Of a DNA stretch of 64,000 bases, positions 19,401 through 27,593 are shown piece after piece; position 1 is the stretch's first letter; each line of letters starts with the position of its first letter. The stretch lies in NCBI GenBank assembly GCA_049616955.1, contig JBMZIJ010000001.1, forward strand, positions 66,797-130,796. Reading direction: 5' to 3'. This DNA comes from Candidatus Poseidoniaceae archaeon (lineage in GTDB: Archaea; Thermoplasmatota; Poseidoniia; Poseidoniales; Poseidoniaceae). The notes below the pieces were generated by a model, which was not told the DNA's origin, searched no databases, and was given only the letters and a program-made list of their open reading frames with translations. The position numbers and the translations under genes are program-made.

Positions 19401-20180
19401 GACGTTGATACAAATGAAGATGGGATGATAGAATTCAACGAGATTGTTGCCATTGCTTGCACGTGTGAGAATGAACTTTATTCGATGATTGATCAACTTC
19501 CGTACAAGACATCCACTGAATTCTTTGATTCTTTGGCGTTGAAGAACGCATACGATTCAAAGGCATTGGACGTGAACAAGGATGATTTCGTAACTCATGA
19601 TGAACTTGAGAAGGCTGTTCAAACATGCAAAACGACGTTCAATCCATTCGATAGCGATGGCGACGGCGTTCCCGATATTGACGATCAGTTCCCGAACGAC
19701 CCGAGCGAATCGAAGGATGCGGATGGCGATGGAATCGGAGACAATGCTGACTTTGCACCAAGTGTAGCCAACGATATGCTCTATGGCGCAGGTGGTGCCA
19801 TCTTCATCGTCCTCATTGGTCTACTCGTTCTCTTCGCTCGAGGAGGTGGGGGTTCTGGTCAAAGCATGGATCAGGAATGGAACAAAACAGATGCGTTCGC
19901 TGAACAGATGTTGAACATGAGCAATAATCCTACCGAACCTTCACCGATTCCAAATGCACCACAACTGGATGTTACTAGCGATAGGCTACCAGATTATGCG
20001 CCTTCAAGCGTACCAATCTATGATTTTGGGCAAGCTAATCTCGAAACGGATTCTGACCAACCCGCATCAAGTTTGATGGGAATGATGGATTCAAACGGTC
20101 GAGAGCACATTGAATATCCACCGAACAGTGGACGACTATGGCATCGTGATGATCCTGATTCGCCTTGGACTAAGGACTAA
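16494..20180 (+). CDS. Large secreted/membrane-anchored adhesin-like protein (C-type lectin, LamG-like, PPC-like, EF-hand and thrombospondin type-3 modules; C-proximal TM)
   Basis: Signal-like 'MVASVLILMMLASTCMVASTQA'. CTLD 'HLWIGLNDVQDEGIYRWHDGTPFLYRNWGVDQPTGG...TWNDLEN'. Three pre-peptidase-C-terminal-like modules ('YYYVNVTDSLTELKIETYGGKGNINLIL', 'YFFIEVPTGTERLEVDLDGGFGEATLHM', 'LYFYVDLESRAEELIITTYGGEGSLYI'). EF-hand pair 'DADLNGNGLLNADEF'/'DVDTNEDGMIEFNEI'. TSP3 'DSDGDGVPDIDDQFPNDPSESKDADGDGIGDNAD'. TM 'GAIFIVLIGLLVLFA' plus a ~170-aa tail. Alternative start at 16560; the track ORF starts at a TTG at 16476. Confidence 0.8.
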   Translation: MTKNIAPPRRQWSYERPTNEQNMAKGSPMVASVLILMMLASTCMVASTQADSSVLDEIDIMHTAVNPDNNKTYHLLSASSWEDAAFKARSLDGYLTTIDDDDENTWVFDTFASFGDQSRHLWIGLNDVQDEGIYRWHDGTPFLYRNWGVDQPTGGDDSDYVHIASTNMGNIDPQTWNDLENNPEYFPVYGVVEVGPGADFSLRFDGVEDHIVIDHDEGLIANGTLNIEATIKASSLDGIRFITMKGDYGWGMYLSNGAIGYASEYSLSKHPTSNMSITEDTWHTIGVQLIEGVGGFFTIDGVPAGNISAEDANIPEGDFGSNDCFTSGDACDELYIARMGAGCDCYHFEGIIDDLTISFVEENMWEPVSRWTFWEGEGGDTGDALNDATMNRIGIIHGADWVMPDGSIVAQAVELPNDEFLVLENIQEGDTLLFYAELDEYTFMTDIAIYSWSELFYDDWEYDDEENMLFDAYVGYDRIPAPWDYDMELTSYWGSVFNSWTWPEYDIMWYSIVAKQDIEELEIIASWEVAEEPPSLDEMTQLFNGVPITSQTVESDRDSWDAALEYYYVNVTDSLTELKIETYGGKGNINLILSSGGPIDPNYYYYYEEPYFDEYSEGEYQQSNIAWSTNDGNGEEVNLFDVEPGIYYVTAFTYRKSSDFTIVADFTYAPANADPSTAVELQPGVAYGPMSGYNGLDQYFFIEVPTGTERLEVDLDGGFGEATLHMRYENTPTASEADHHSGAPGAGDKIGFNNPTPGKWQILLDSESVFSGVSITASFEDLYIWEYDGTPIELFNDEDVDGLSAPAGEELYFYVDLESRAEELIITTYGGEGSLYITADGEVDYGDFFGFDDFGEFEFLEEDIFEEEFTSYGEGTYQELYIYSPAAGRFDITVLAEDDFSDVSIVAYWKEDTRPGPDPEPPLVIDPEDIYACDDGLEEFFMDADLNGNGLLNADEFRRTGAPEETQFSDVDTNEDGMIEFNEIVAIACTCENELYSMIDQLPYKTSTEFFDSLALKNAYDSKALDVNKDDFVTHDELEKAVQTCKTTFNPFDSDGDGVPDIDDQFPNDPSESKDADGDGIGDNADFAPSVANDMLYGAGGAIFIVLIGLLVLFARGGGGSGQSMDQEWNKTDAFAEQMLNMSNNPTEPSPIPNAPQLDVTSDRLPDYAPSSVPIYDFGQANLETDSDQPASSLMGMMDSNGREHIEYPPNSGRLWHRDDPDSPWTKD

Positions 20181-21096
20181 TCTTCGTCTTTTTCTTGCGC
20201 AGTCCAGATGCATCCATCAATCGAAGGATGTGTCGATGCAATTCAGGAAGGAGTTCGAACATCGCAATTGCCATTACAAACATCGCAAAGAGCGATACGA
20301 CTCGAGCAGCGTAAGAATGTCCAAATTCAAACATGCTCAAACCAAGGTATTCCCATCCCTCGTAGGAGAGATGCATCCACACAAGCCCTGCATTTCGGAA
20401 CAGATTGAGAATGTGAATGATTGGTACAGTGAAGAGCAGGGCTCGAATTCGTCGCTTTCGGTCGACATCAAGGACTGAAATCGCTCCAATGAAAACGATC
20501 ATCGATTGAAGCGCAGTACATGCCAATACGAAATTGATGCCGATAAATCCACCATCGGCCATGATCAATTCTGTTTGGAACGGGTGTTCTGCGAAACCAT
20601 CGGTCATGAACCACTTGTTGCCATCCCAATCGTCCCACAAGAATCGACCTTCGGATGTATTGACATACGTTTCACCGAGTTTGATATCCACTGTCCCGGT
20701 GAAAGAAAGGAACATAGCGACTTGAGAAGCAACGAACCAAATCGCCAAAACAGAAAGCCATGGAATGTGAGCGACAAGAAGGTAGGGGCCTCCTGCATAA
20801 GCAACGCATCCACGTGCCCAGTTGAGGGCTGCTCGATCACGATCGGTCAACGAGCGGGCTTCTGCAATCACCAATGCTACCGCAATTGGCAGTGCAAGTG
20901 CTGTCATGATGGTGAGTACAAGGTCTTCAAGCTCGAAGTAATACAAGGAGTCGTTGAAGAAATACAAGCCGACCAAAATCCAACCACATTGAGCCAGGCG
21001 TGAAACACCCTCATTGTGACGTCTGTGCCATGATATGGCGAGAAAAACCATTCCAAGAGCGCCTGCGATTGTGGCAACCTCTTTGGAAAGGAACAT
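20170..21096 (-). CDS. artA: Archaeosortase (exosortase/archaeosortase family, ArtA-like)
   Basis: 308-aa polytopic protein with the family Cys motif 'FVLACTALQSMIVF'. About 40 residues later comes 'ILNLFRNAGLV' (conserved Arg). Size is similar to what I recall for Haloferax ArtA. Confidence 0.65.
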   Translation of the reverse strand: MFLSKEVATIAGALGMVFLAISWHRRHNEGVSRLAQCGWILVGLYFFNDSLYYFELEDLVLTIMTALALPIAVALVIAEARSLTDRDRAALNWARGCVAYAGGPYLLVAHIPWLSVLAIWFVASQVAMFLSFTGTVDIKLGETYVNTSEGRFLWDDWDGNKWFMTDGFAEHPFQTELIMADGGFIGINFVLACTALQSMIVFIGAISVLDVDRKRRIRALLFTVPIIHILNLFRNAGLVWMHLSYEGWEYLGLSMFEFGHSYAARVVSLFAMFVMAIAMFELLPELHRHILRLMDASGLRKKKTKISP

Positions 21097-21169
21097 ACCA
21101 TTCCCAGAACTCCTCCAAATAGAAACGTTTGCCCACTAAGTCCAACAACTGGCTTGATATCGAACGGTT

Positions 21170-21784
21170 ATGGATGGCCCCATTGTCGATGGTTCTGGTT
21201 TGGCCAAAGGGCCAATTGCCTTCATCGATCGTGATGGTGTTCTCAATTATGGGCGAAACGGTTACGTCAACCATCCACATGAGCTGAAAATTATTCCAGG
21301 TAGTGGAAAAGCGATTGCACGATTACGCTCGAAAGGATACGCCATTTGTGTCGTCACAAATCAATCACCAATAATGCGGAAACTTTGGTCTGTTGAGCGG
21401 CTGCATACCATTCACGCAGCATTACGTGAACAACTTCTCGATGAACACCCTGAAGCGCTGATTGATGTCATCATAACTTGCCCGCACAGAAACAGAGATC
21501 GTTGCGGTTGTCGAAAGCCATGGCCAGGAATGCTGGTCAAGGGGAACAATCTCCTTCGCAATGAACGAAGAACCAACGGGAGCATTCATTGGGCAGGTGC
21601 AAAACCAAAACCGTGGCATCAACTTGATGCCATGATTGGTGACCGCAAATCCGATATGGGGGCTGGCTGGGCAGTAGGAGCGAGAACATTCGAGGTGTCC
21701 GATCAATTGGGCTTGCCACAAGTGATTGAGCGAGTACTGGATGACAGCGATCAGGGTGATGATTACGACCCCATGAGGTGGTAG
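21170..21784 (+). CDS. HAD-IIIA phosphatase, GmhB (D,D-heptose 1,7-bisphosphate phosphatase)/histidinol-phosphatase-like
   Basis: 'IAFIDRDGVLN', 'ICVVTNQSPI', Zn-binding 'CPHRNRDRCGCRKPWPGM', 'MIGDRKSDMGAG'. Confidence 0.7.
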   Translation: MDGPIVDGSGLAKGPIAFIDRDGVLNYGRNGYVNHPHELKIIPGSGKAIARLRSKGYAICVVTNQSPIMRKLWSVERLHTIHAALREQLLDEHPEALIDVIITCPHRNRDRCGCRKPWPGMLVKGNNLLRNERRTNGSIHWAGAKPKPWHQLDAMIGDRKSDMGAGWAVGARTFEVSDQLGLPQVIERVLDDSDQGDDYDPMRW

Positions 21785-21785
21785 T

Positions 21786-22988
21786 ATGGGATGGCTAGGA
21801 CTCGATGATACTGATTCTCTCAAAGGAGGCTGTACTACAGAAGTCCTCTACCGCCTCATTCGATCTCTTCCGCAACATGTTGGAGTTGGACAAGCACGGC
21901 TTGTTCGTCTCTGGCCATTCGCTCGACGACGAACTCGTGGTAATGCCGCAGTGGCTGTTGAATTGACAACCACAGATGAACCCGCATTGCTCGAATTCCT
22001 CGATGAGTATTGGTTCAACCATCTTCTGCCTCTCAAGGGCACAGTAGAAGTGAGTGAACACAGTGAACGAGAACAGTATCCTTCAGATCCAGGAATGGTA
22101 TGGTTCAGAGATAAAATCAATGATGAAGATTTCTATAGAAGAGGTCTAAGGGAAGAGTTATTTCTTGAACAATTGCCAATTCCAAAACAATCTTGGGGAG
22201 GTCATGGCAGAATTGGAGCTACACTGGCAGTCCTATGGCCTGCGGAGAGGAAAACCTTCGAAGCCATTGCATGGAGAGAATCCACCAACAAGAGTCCACG
22301 ACAATTGGATCAAAATGCAGTGAAACACATAGAAGAAATGGCAGAGTCATTCCTATGTCGCGATGATCGACTTGGCACGAGTATGTTGGCGCCAAGGGGT
22401 GCCTCTCCCGTTCTGTTTGGGATTCGCACCTGGACGCAGGACGCTGCAAACGAAGCACTGAAACTTCTTCTTGATGCACCCGGGACTGAAGAAACTTCAG
22501 GTTCGTTGGTGTTTGAAACAAATCATGCAACCAACGACCATTTGGACGAACCAATCGAGATTTGTGTTGAGAAGGTTGAGATTCTCAAGGGCGGTCACAC
22601 GCTGATTCATGCCGAGAAGCATCGTTTTGTGGCCTTCAAGGAATCAGGCGAAATTGCAAAAATTTGTCAACAATTGCAACCAAATGACATCCTTGAGTGC
22701 AATGGGCTCATGTCACCAGATCATTCAATCCACATCGAAGTTTTACGGATTCGACACCTCGTCGCCGATCAGAATCGCCCTTCTTGCCCCACATGTCAAA
22801 AAGCCCTTTCATCCATGGGAGCGGATCAGGGGCTTCGATGCAAAAAGTGTGGATTTAAGTCTGAAGATGAATGGGTAGAAACACATCGCAATTTGCCCCT
22901 GAACCAGTGGATTCAACCTCCTGCCTCATCACGTCGGCATTTGGCGAAACCCCTCGATGAGTCGCCAACAGTGCAAAACAATCTTTAG
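21786..22988 (+). CDS. tiaS: tRNA(Ile2) 2-agmatinylcytidine synthetase TiaS
   Basis: N-terminal 'MGWLGLDDTDSLKGGCTTEV' and a C-terminal zinc ribbon 'CPTCQKALSSMGADQGLRCKKCG'; 400 aa. Confidence 0.75.
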   Translation: MGWLGLDDTDSLKGGCTTEVLYRLIRSLPQHVGVGQARLVRLWPFARRRTRGNAAVAVELTTTDEPALLEFLDEYWFNHLLPLKGTVEVSEHSEREQYPSDPGMVWFRDKINDEDFYRRGLREELFLEQLPIPKQSWGGHGRIGATLAVLWPAERKTFEAIAWRESTNKSPRQLDQNAVKHIEEMAESFLCRDDRLGTSMLAPRGASPVLFGIRTWTQDAANEALKLLLDAPGTEETSGSLVFETNHATNDHLDEPIEICVEKVEILKGGHTLIHAEKHRFVAFKESGEIAKICQQLQPNDILECNGLMSPDHSIHIEVLRIRHLVADQNRPSCPTCQKALSSMGADQGLRCKKCGFKSEDEWVETHRNLPLNQWIQPPASSRRHLAKPLDESPTVQNNL

Positions 22989-23009
22989 CGGTGAGTTCGA
23001 GAAGGCCTC

Positions 23010-23261
23010 ATGGCAGAAGACAGCACCAAGACCATCACCACCGTGATTCTCATTCTAGCCTTTCTTGGAATGATGATTTTTGTTGCCATGCGTGCACGAA
23101 AAAATCGAGAAGAGATGCTGAAAAATCATGCACCAAAGGTTGCTGGTGAAGATACGTTGGAAGGTGGTGCTCGACACCCTCAACGATTCGATGAGCCTGA
23201 TGATGAAGCCCTTGAAGAAATGGCCAAACTTCTTGGTGAAGATTCAGAAGACGAAGCCTGA
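23010..23261 (+). CDS. Small single-TM protein with acidic C-terminus
   Basis: 83 aa. TM 'ITTVILILAFLGMMIFVAM' followed by RARKNREE and an acidic tail. No family recognised. Confidence 0.5.
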   Translation: MAEDSTKTITTVILILAFLGMMIFVAMRARKNREEMLKNHAPKVAGEDTLEGGARHPQRFDEPDDEALEEMAKLLGEDSEDEA

Positions 23262-23831
23262 TTCTTCGATTTTTCCTTCGTCGACAAGCCCCGAAATGTC
23301 GAGATGAATTGTCTTTTTCGGGTTGGAGTACAACCCCCAAATCTCAAATCCATTTTGTTCGAAATCTGATTTTGAACGCGGCCGGTATGCTTCTTCAGCG
23401 CCTGTTACGTCTGTACCTGACTTGGAAATAAGCAGGAGTGTCGTATCTGGCTTCATTCTCTTTGCAAGGTCGAAGACAGCATCGAGATTATCTTTCTCAA
23501 TTCGACCGGTTGGAGCACACCAATCATCGAGGACAACCAAACCAACCCTTGGCAAACTGCGTTCAGCTTCGACAATAGCATCCACGCATCGATCCATGGC
23601 GCCGATGAGATTGAGGGCGTGAAAGCGACTCGATTCAACGATGTTCAACGATGCAAAGAGTTGAGAAAAACGGGTAGCATTAGGCATTTCAGGTGAAGCC
23701 CACAAGACCCGTCGACCCGATTGAATCTCATTGACTGCACAATGAAGACCGAATGTTGTTCCACCGCATCCACCTTCGACCGAGAGATGGATACGCTTTC
23801 CGCCCATGTCCATCGACCATCGCTCCGCCAT
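23244..23831 (-). CDS. RecA/KaiC/RadB-superfamily protein with lysine-less P-loop
   Basis: 'IHLSVEGGCGGTTFGLHCA' sits in the Walker A position but lacks Lys. Walker B-like 'VGLVVLDDW'. Start set at the ATG at 23831; the longest ORF runs to 23987, but that extension is very Arg-rich with AGG/CGG codons that look atypical here. Confidence 0.6.
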   Translation of the reverse strand: MAERWSMDMGGKRIHLSVEGGCGGTTFGLHCAVNEIQSGRRVLWASPEMPNATRFSQLFASLNIVESSRFHALNLIGAMDRCVDAIVEAERSLPRVGLVVLDDWCAPTGRIEKDNLDAVFDLAKRMKPDTTLLLISKSGTDVTGAEEAYRPRSKSDFEQNGFEIWGLYSNPKKTIHLDISGLVDEGKIEESGFVF

Positions 23832-23867
23832 ATTCCACCGTGAGAGTCTTAGGATTTGATTGCGTTC

Positions 23868-24122
23868 ATGCAAAATGCTCTTGACCTCCCTCCGGATGGT
23901 TCCAACATGGCGGGAGATGTACGGAAGGGTGAACGGATTCCTCGGAGAGACCCGCCTCCTTACGAAGAAGCAGAAAGTTTTGGGCAAGCCATAACACGTG
24001 ACGGTTTCTTCAACACCTCGATCAATGATGCCAATCAGTATGGCCCAATTGGTATGATGATTCTGCTGTTCATCGTTGCAACCATTACAGGTGCAGCCAT
24101 CAAACTGCTTGAATCACTTTGA
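23868..24122 (+). CDS. Possible small tail-anchored membrane protein
   Basis: 84-aa ORF ending in the TM 'GPIGMMILLFIVATITGAAIKLL'. The 3' half has codon third positions typical of neighbouring genes. It competes with the N-terminal extension of the opposite-strand ORF. Tentative. Confidence 0.35.
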   Translation: MQNALDLPPDGSNMAGDVRKGERIPRRDPPPYEEAESFGQAITRDGFFNTSINDANQYGPIGMMILLFIVATITGAAIKLLESL

Positions 24123-24207
24123 TGGACTTTTGAGGCAACCATCAAAACTGCCTTCAAATCACTGTGAAAGGCGATATATTCAAACCCGTTTTTGCAAGGT
24201 CTTGCTC

Positions 24208-24672
24208 ATGAGTGATGGATCTGTCAATGTTGAGAGCAGAACCTCATCGCAAGACAAACGTTGGACAATTATGGCCGCATTGTTAGGAACAAACACAGCA
24301 GTGATGCTTTTCCAGGGAATGGAGCAAGAGGCAAATCCAACACAAATCCGCGAAGTAGCCTTGACCATCATTGCCGCAACGCTTCCATTCCAAGCGATTT
24401 ATTTCCTGATTTACACCTTCATGTTGGAAAACAACGGAAGATTAAGCCATCACATGGTGAAGAAACTAACGATTGCTTCGAACATTTGCCAAATGTTCGC
24501 CTATGTTTCCTTGGTTGGCGTAGCCATGTTGTGGTACAACCTTTCGATTTTCGTCGGCGTTGCCTTCCTTACATCCACTGCATTTGCAATGATTTTGGTG
24601 CGTTATGCCATGACAACCGATGAAGAAACACGCGAAGAAATGAACCCAAATGCCACTGAGCAAGGTTCATGA
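24208..24672 (+). CDS. Four-TM membrane protein, unknown function
   Basis: 154 aa from the ATG at 24208. A TATA-like 'GATATATT' lies ~30 nt upstream. Four hydrophobic helices. The track ORF starts further upstream at 24076. Confidence 0.55.
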   Translation: MSDGSVNVESRTSSQDKRWTIMAALLGTNTAVMLFQGMEQEANPTQIREVALTIIAATLPFQAIYFLIYTFMLENNGRLSHHMVKKLTIASNICQMFAYVSLVGVAMLWYNLSIFVGVAFLTSTAFAMILVRYAMTTDEETREEMNPNATEQGS

Positions 24673-24694
24673 AGCCTCTTCTCAACCACGAAAT

Positions 24695-26053
24695 ATGGCC
24701 TTCTGTCCACTCGATTACCGATACGGCTGCCAAGATTTCAAACACATCTGGTCTGAATCTGGCCGTCATGAACGTCAACTCGAAGTTGAACGTGCGCTCA
24801 TCTGGGCGCATTGGCAACTTGGACGCGTCTCCGAAGAGGACTACAATGCTGTAGCCGCTATTGCAAACCCTGAATCTGTGCGAAAGGAGCGCGTTTCAGA
24901 AATTGAAGCAGAGACTCGTCACGATATCATGGCACTCACAAAAGCCATGGCTGAGGCTGCTGGGGAAGCCGGATGGTGCATTCACCTTGGTGCCACATCC
25001 AACGACATCGTCGATACTGCTGTCGCCCTTCAACTGCGTGACAGCATCGTTCTTCTGCGTGAACAACTCTGTCTTTTGATCGGCGTTTGTGCTGATGTTG
25101 CAGAACGAGAGCGTGACACCGTCATGCTTGGACGAACACATGGACAGGCAGCTGTTCCGATTACTTTTGGACTCAAGGCAGCCGTATGGCTTGATGAAAT
25201 GAGAAGGCAACTTATCCGACTCGATGAGGCTACGCCTCGTATTGCGGTAGGCAAATTCCTCGGTGCTGTTGGCACAGGTGCTGCTCAAGGTGAGAATGCT
25301 CGTGAACTTCAACGACTCATCCTTACGCACCTGGGTCTTGGCGTCCCACTTGCAACGACGCAAGTTGTAGGACGAGACCGGTATGTCGAATACGTGTCTT
25401 GGCTTGCGAATGTAGCAACAACGTGTGAGAAAGTGCTTCAGGAAATTCGGAATCTGCAACGTTCTGAACTTTCAGAAGCAGGTGAAGGCTTTGACGTCAA
25501 AAAGCAAGTTGGTTCCTCAACAATGGCGCACAAGAAGAATCCAATCAAGTCAGAGAACGCTTCGGGATTGGCCAGAATCGTTCGTTCATTCATCATTCCA
25601 ACTTACGAAAATGCACTCCTTTGGCATGAACGAGATCTCGCGAACTCGAGCAGTGAACGGTTCACATTGTCTCACGGAAGTGCACTTTGTGAAGATGTCA
25701 TCGCCAAAACCCGACAAGTGTTGACAAACATGTGGGTTGATGCTGAACGATGTATGGAAAACATTCGAGCACAACGCGGTTTGGTCATGGCTGAAAAGGT
25801 TATGATCGACCTTGTTGAACATGGGATTCCTCGTGATGAGGCACACGAAATTCTTCGTGAGGCTTCTTTTACTGCTGTTGCAAACAAAGAGGAACTCATC
25901 GATGTCTGCAGCCGAACACCTGCAATTTCGGCAGCGTTTAGTGCGGAAGAATTGGAAGCGATGTTTGAACCAAGCAATCACATTGGTGTATCAGGAGAAA
26001 TCGTTGATGAAGCGGTTGCGCTCGCTCGTGCAGCCATTCATTCAACGGAATGA
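24695..26053 (+). CDS. purB: Adenylosuccinate lyase
   Basis: 'CPLDYRYG' N-terminus and fumarate-lyase signature 'GSSTMAHKKNP'. Start placed at the ATG at 24695; 24650 is an alternative. Confidence 0.9.
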   Translation: MAFCPLDYRYGCQDFKHIWSESGRHERQLEVERALIWAHWQLGRVSEEDYNAVAAIANPESVRKERVSEIEAETRHDIMALTKAMAEAAGEAGWCIHLGATSNDIVDTAVALQLRDSIVLLREQLCLLIGVCADVAERERDTVMLGRTHGQAAVPITFGLKAAVWLDEMRRQLIRLDEATPRIAVGKFLGAVGTGAAQGENARELQRLILTHLGLGVPLATTQVVGRDRYVEYVSWLANVATTCEKVLQEIRNLQRSELSEAGEGFDVKKQVGSSTMAHKKNPIKSENASGLARIVRSFIIPTYENALLWHERDLANSSSERFTLSHGSALCEDVIAKTRQVLTNMWVDAERCMENIRAQRGLVMAEKVMIDLVEHGIPRDEAHEILREASFTAVANKEELIDVCSRTPAISAAFSAEELEAMFEPSNHIGVSGEIVDEAVALARAAIHSTE

Positions 26054-26694
26054 ATCGCAAAGATACCACGACTCGCTGTATGCTGCATCGAGCCCTCCAC
26101 TCGCAAGGCTCTTGACCAGATAGGACCGCCGAGAACAAAGGTTTCGTATTCTCCACCCTCACCATCAACATTGAACCGGTGTTGTTTCGACAATGCATGG
26201 AGTTCCAATAGAGATGATTCTGTCAAGACATGCCCCAGCCAAGTATGGTCTAATCCTTCACACGATACAGAAGTGAGCATGATCTGAAATCCTGCTTCAA
26301 CCATTCCTTTCAGGTGATCGATTGGTGTTTGATGCCATAGAGGTGAAAAGGAATGGATGTTCAATCGTTGGGACATGCATTCAAGCCGCTGTTTTTGGAA
26401 GTCTGAACGCAAGGCACCACTCACAATTCCATCGATTTCGAGTTTCGATAAAGCCTGTTCAAGAGCCTCAATTTCATCTTCGACTGATCCTGAAGCTGGA
26501 ACGTTCACCCACGGCACTTTTGCCAGAAGTGCTTGACGCTCAACCCAATTCGTCGATGGCACTTGGAACATATGTGAATCACCGTCTTGTATGTCCACGG
26601 TGACAACGGCAACAATCTCCCACCCGCGACACATCGCCCACCACCATGCTGCTGAGGAGTCCTTGCCTCCCGAGCTGAGAACGGCGATTCGCAT
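26038..26694 (-). CDS. dph6: Diphthine--ammonia ligase-like ATP pyrophosphatase (Dph6/MJ0570 family)
   Basis: PP-loop 'MRIAVLSSGGKDSSAA'; 218 aa; 'GEGGEYETFVL' near the C-terminus. Confidence 0.75.
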   Translation of the reverse strand: MRIAVLSSGGKDSSAAWWWAMCRGWEIVAVVTVDIQDGDSHMFQVPSTNWVERQALLAKVPWVNVPASGSVEDEIEALEQALSKLEIDGIVSGALRSDFQKQRLECMSQRLNIHSFSPLWHQTPIDHLKGMVEAGFQIMLTSVSCEGLDHTWLGHVLTESSLLELHALSKQHRFNVDGEGGEYETFVLGGPIWSRALRVEGSMQHTASRGIFAIHSVE

Positions 26695-26833
26695 AATCCA
26701 CCCATGAACTTCAACTTCATGAGATTAAGGGAAAACAAGCCAAGTGTTCAAATGGGTCGTTCAAGTGGATAGCATAGGGTGGTGAAGCATCACCCTCATA
26801 AAGCGTCGAGGACGAGAAGGAATTGGTGAGAAA

Positions 26834-27556
26834 ATGCAACCGAGTGGAAGAGGATACGATCACGGAATTACAACGTTTAGCCCAGATGGACGCCTGTTCC
26901 AGGTAGAATACGCTCGTGAATCTGTTAAGCGAGGTACAACAACAGCAGGATTGAAGTTCAAAGAAGGTGTTGTTCTTGTCTGTGACAAGCGTATTGCTTC
27001 ACGATTGATTATTCCCGAGTCCATCGAAAAGATGTTCAAAATCGATGAGCACGTTGGCGTTGCTACATCAGGTCTCGTAGCCGACGCACGACAACTCGTT
27101 GCTCGTGCCCGAGTCGAGTCTCAAATCAACAGAATCACCTATGCGGATACGGTCCCAGTCGATGTCTTGGTCAAGAAAATCTGTGACTTCAAGCAATCGT
27201 TTACCCAATACGGCGGATCACGTCCATTTGGTACAGCCCTACTTATCGGCGGCGTGGATGACGAAGGAATTCATCTCTACGAGACCGACCCTTCAGGTGC
27301 CTACCAATCCTACCATGCTGGAGCAATTGGAAGCAACAGAAACACCGTCATCGAGTACTTCGAAAAGAATTGGAAGAGTGGAATGACACTCAATGCTGCA
27401 ATGAAGATGGGACTTGAAGCCCTTCGCTCAGCCAATGATACTGAATTGAACCGTGAAGCGGTCGAAGTCGTCGTCGTTGATGGTGACGGATATCGTATTC
27501 TCGACCGAGGAGAAGTGAACAAACAACTTGACCGACTCAAGCCTCTTGAGGACTGA
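26834..27556 (+). CDS. psmA: Proteasome alpha subunit
   Basis: 'YDHGITTFSPDGRLFQVEYA', 240 aa, first gene of the conserved exosome/proteasome superoperon. Confidence 0.95.
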   Translation: MQPSGRGYDHGITTFSPDGRLFQVEYARESVKRGTTTAGLKFKEGVVLVCDKRIASRLIIPESIEKMFKIDEHVGVATSGLVADARQLVARARVESQINRITYADTVPVDVLVKKICDFKQSFTQYGGSRPFGTALLIGGVDDEGIHLYETDPSGAYQSYHAGAIGSNRNTVIEYFEKNWKSGMTLNAAMKMGLEALRSANDTELNREAVEVVVVDGDGYRILDRGEVNKQLDRLKPLED

Positions 27557-27593
27557 GCAGCAAGCGAACCGTTCACAAGCGTGAGGTGACCAT

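Noticed and set aside
26775-26797. Small stem-loop AGGGTG-N9-CACCCT upstream of psmA, and CATGAA-N7-TTCATG at the dph6 start
   Set aside because: Stems of 6 bp are common by chance in a 139-nt divergent promoter region. There is no evidence for a structured RNA.
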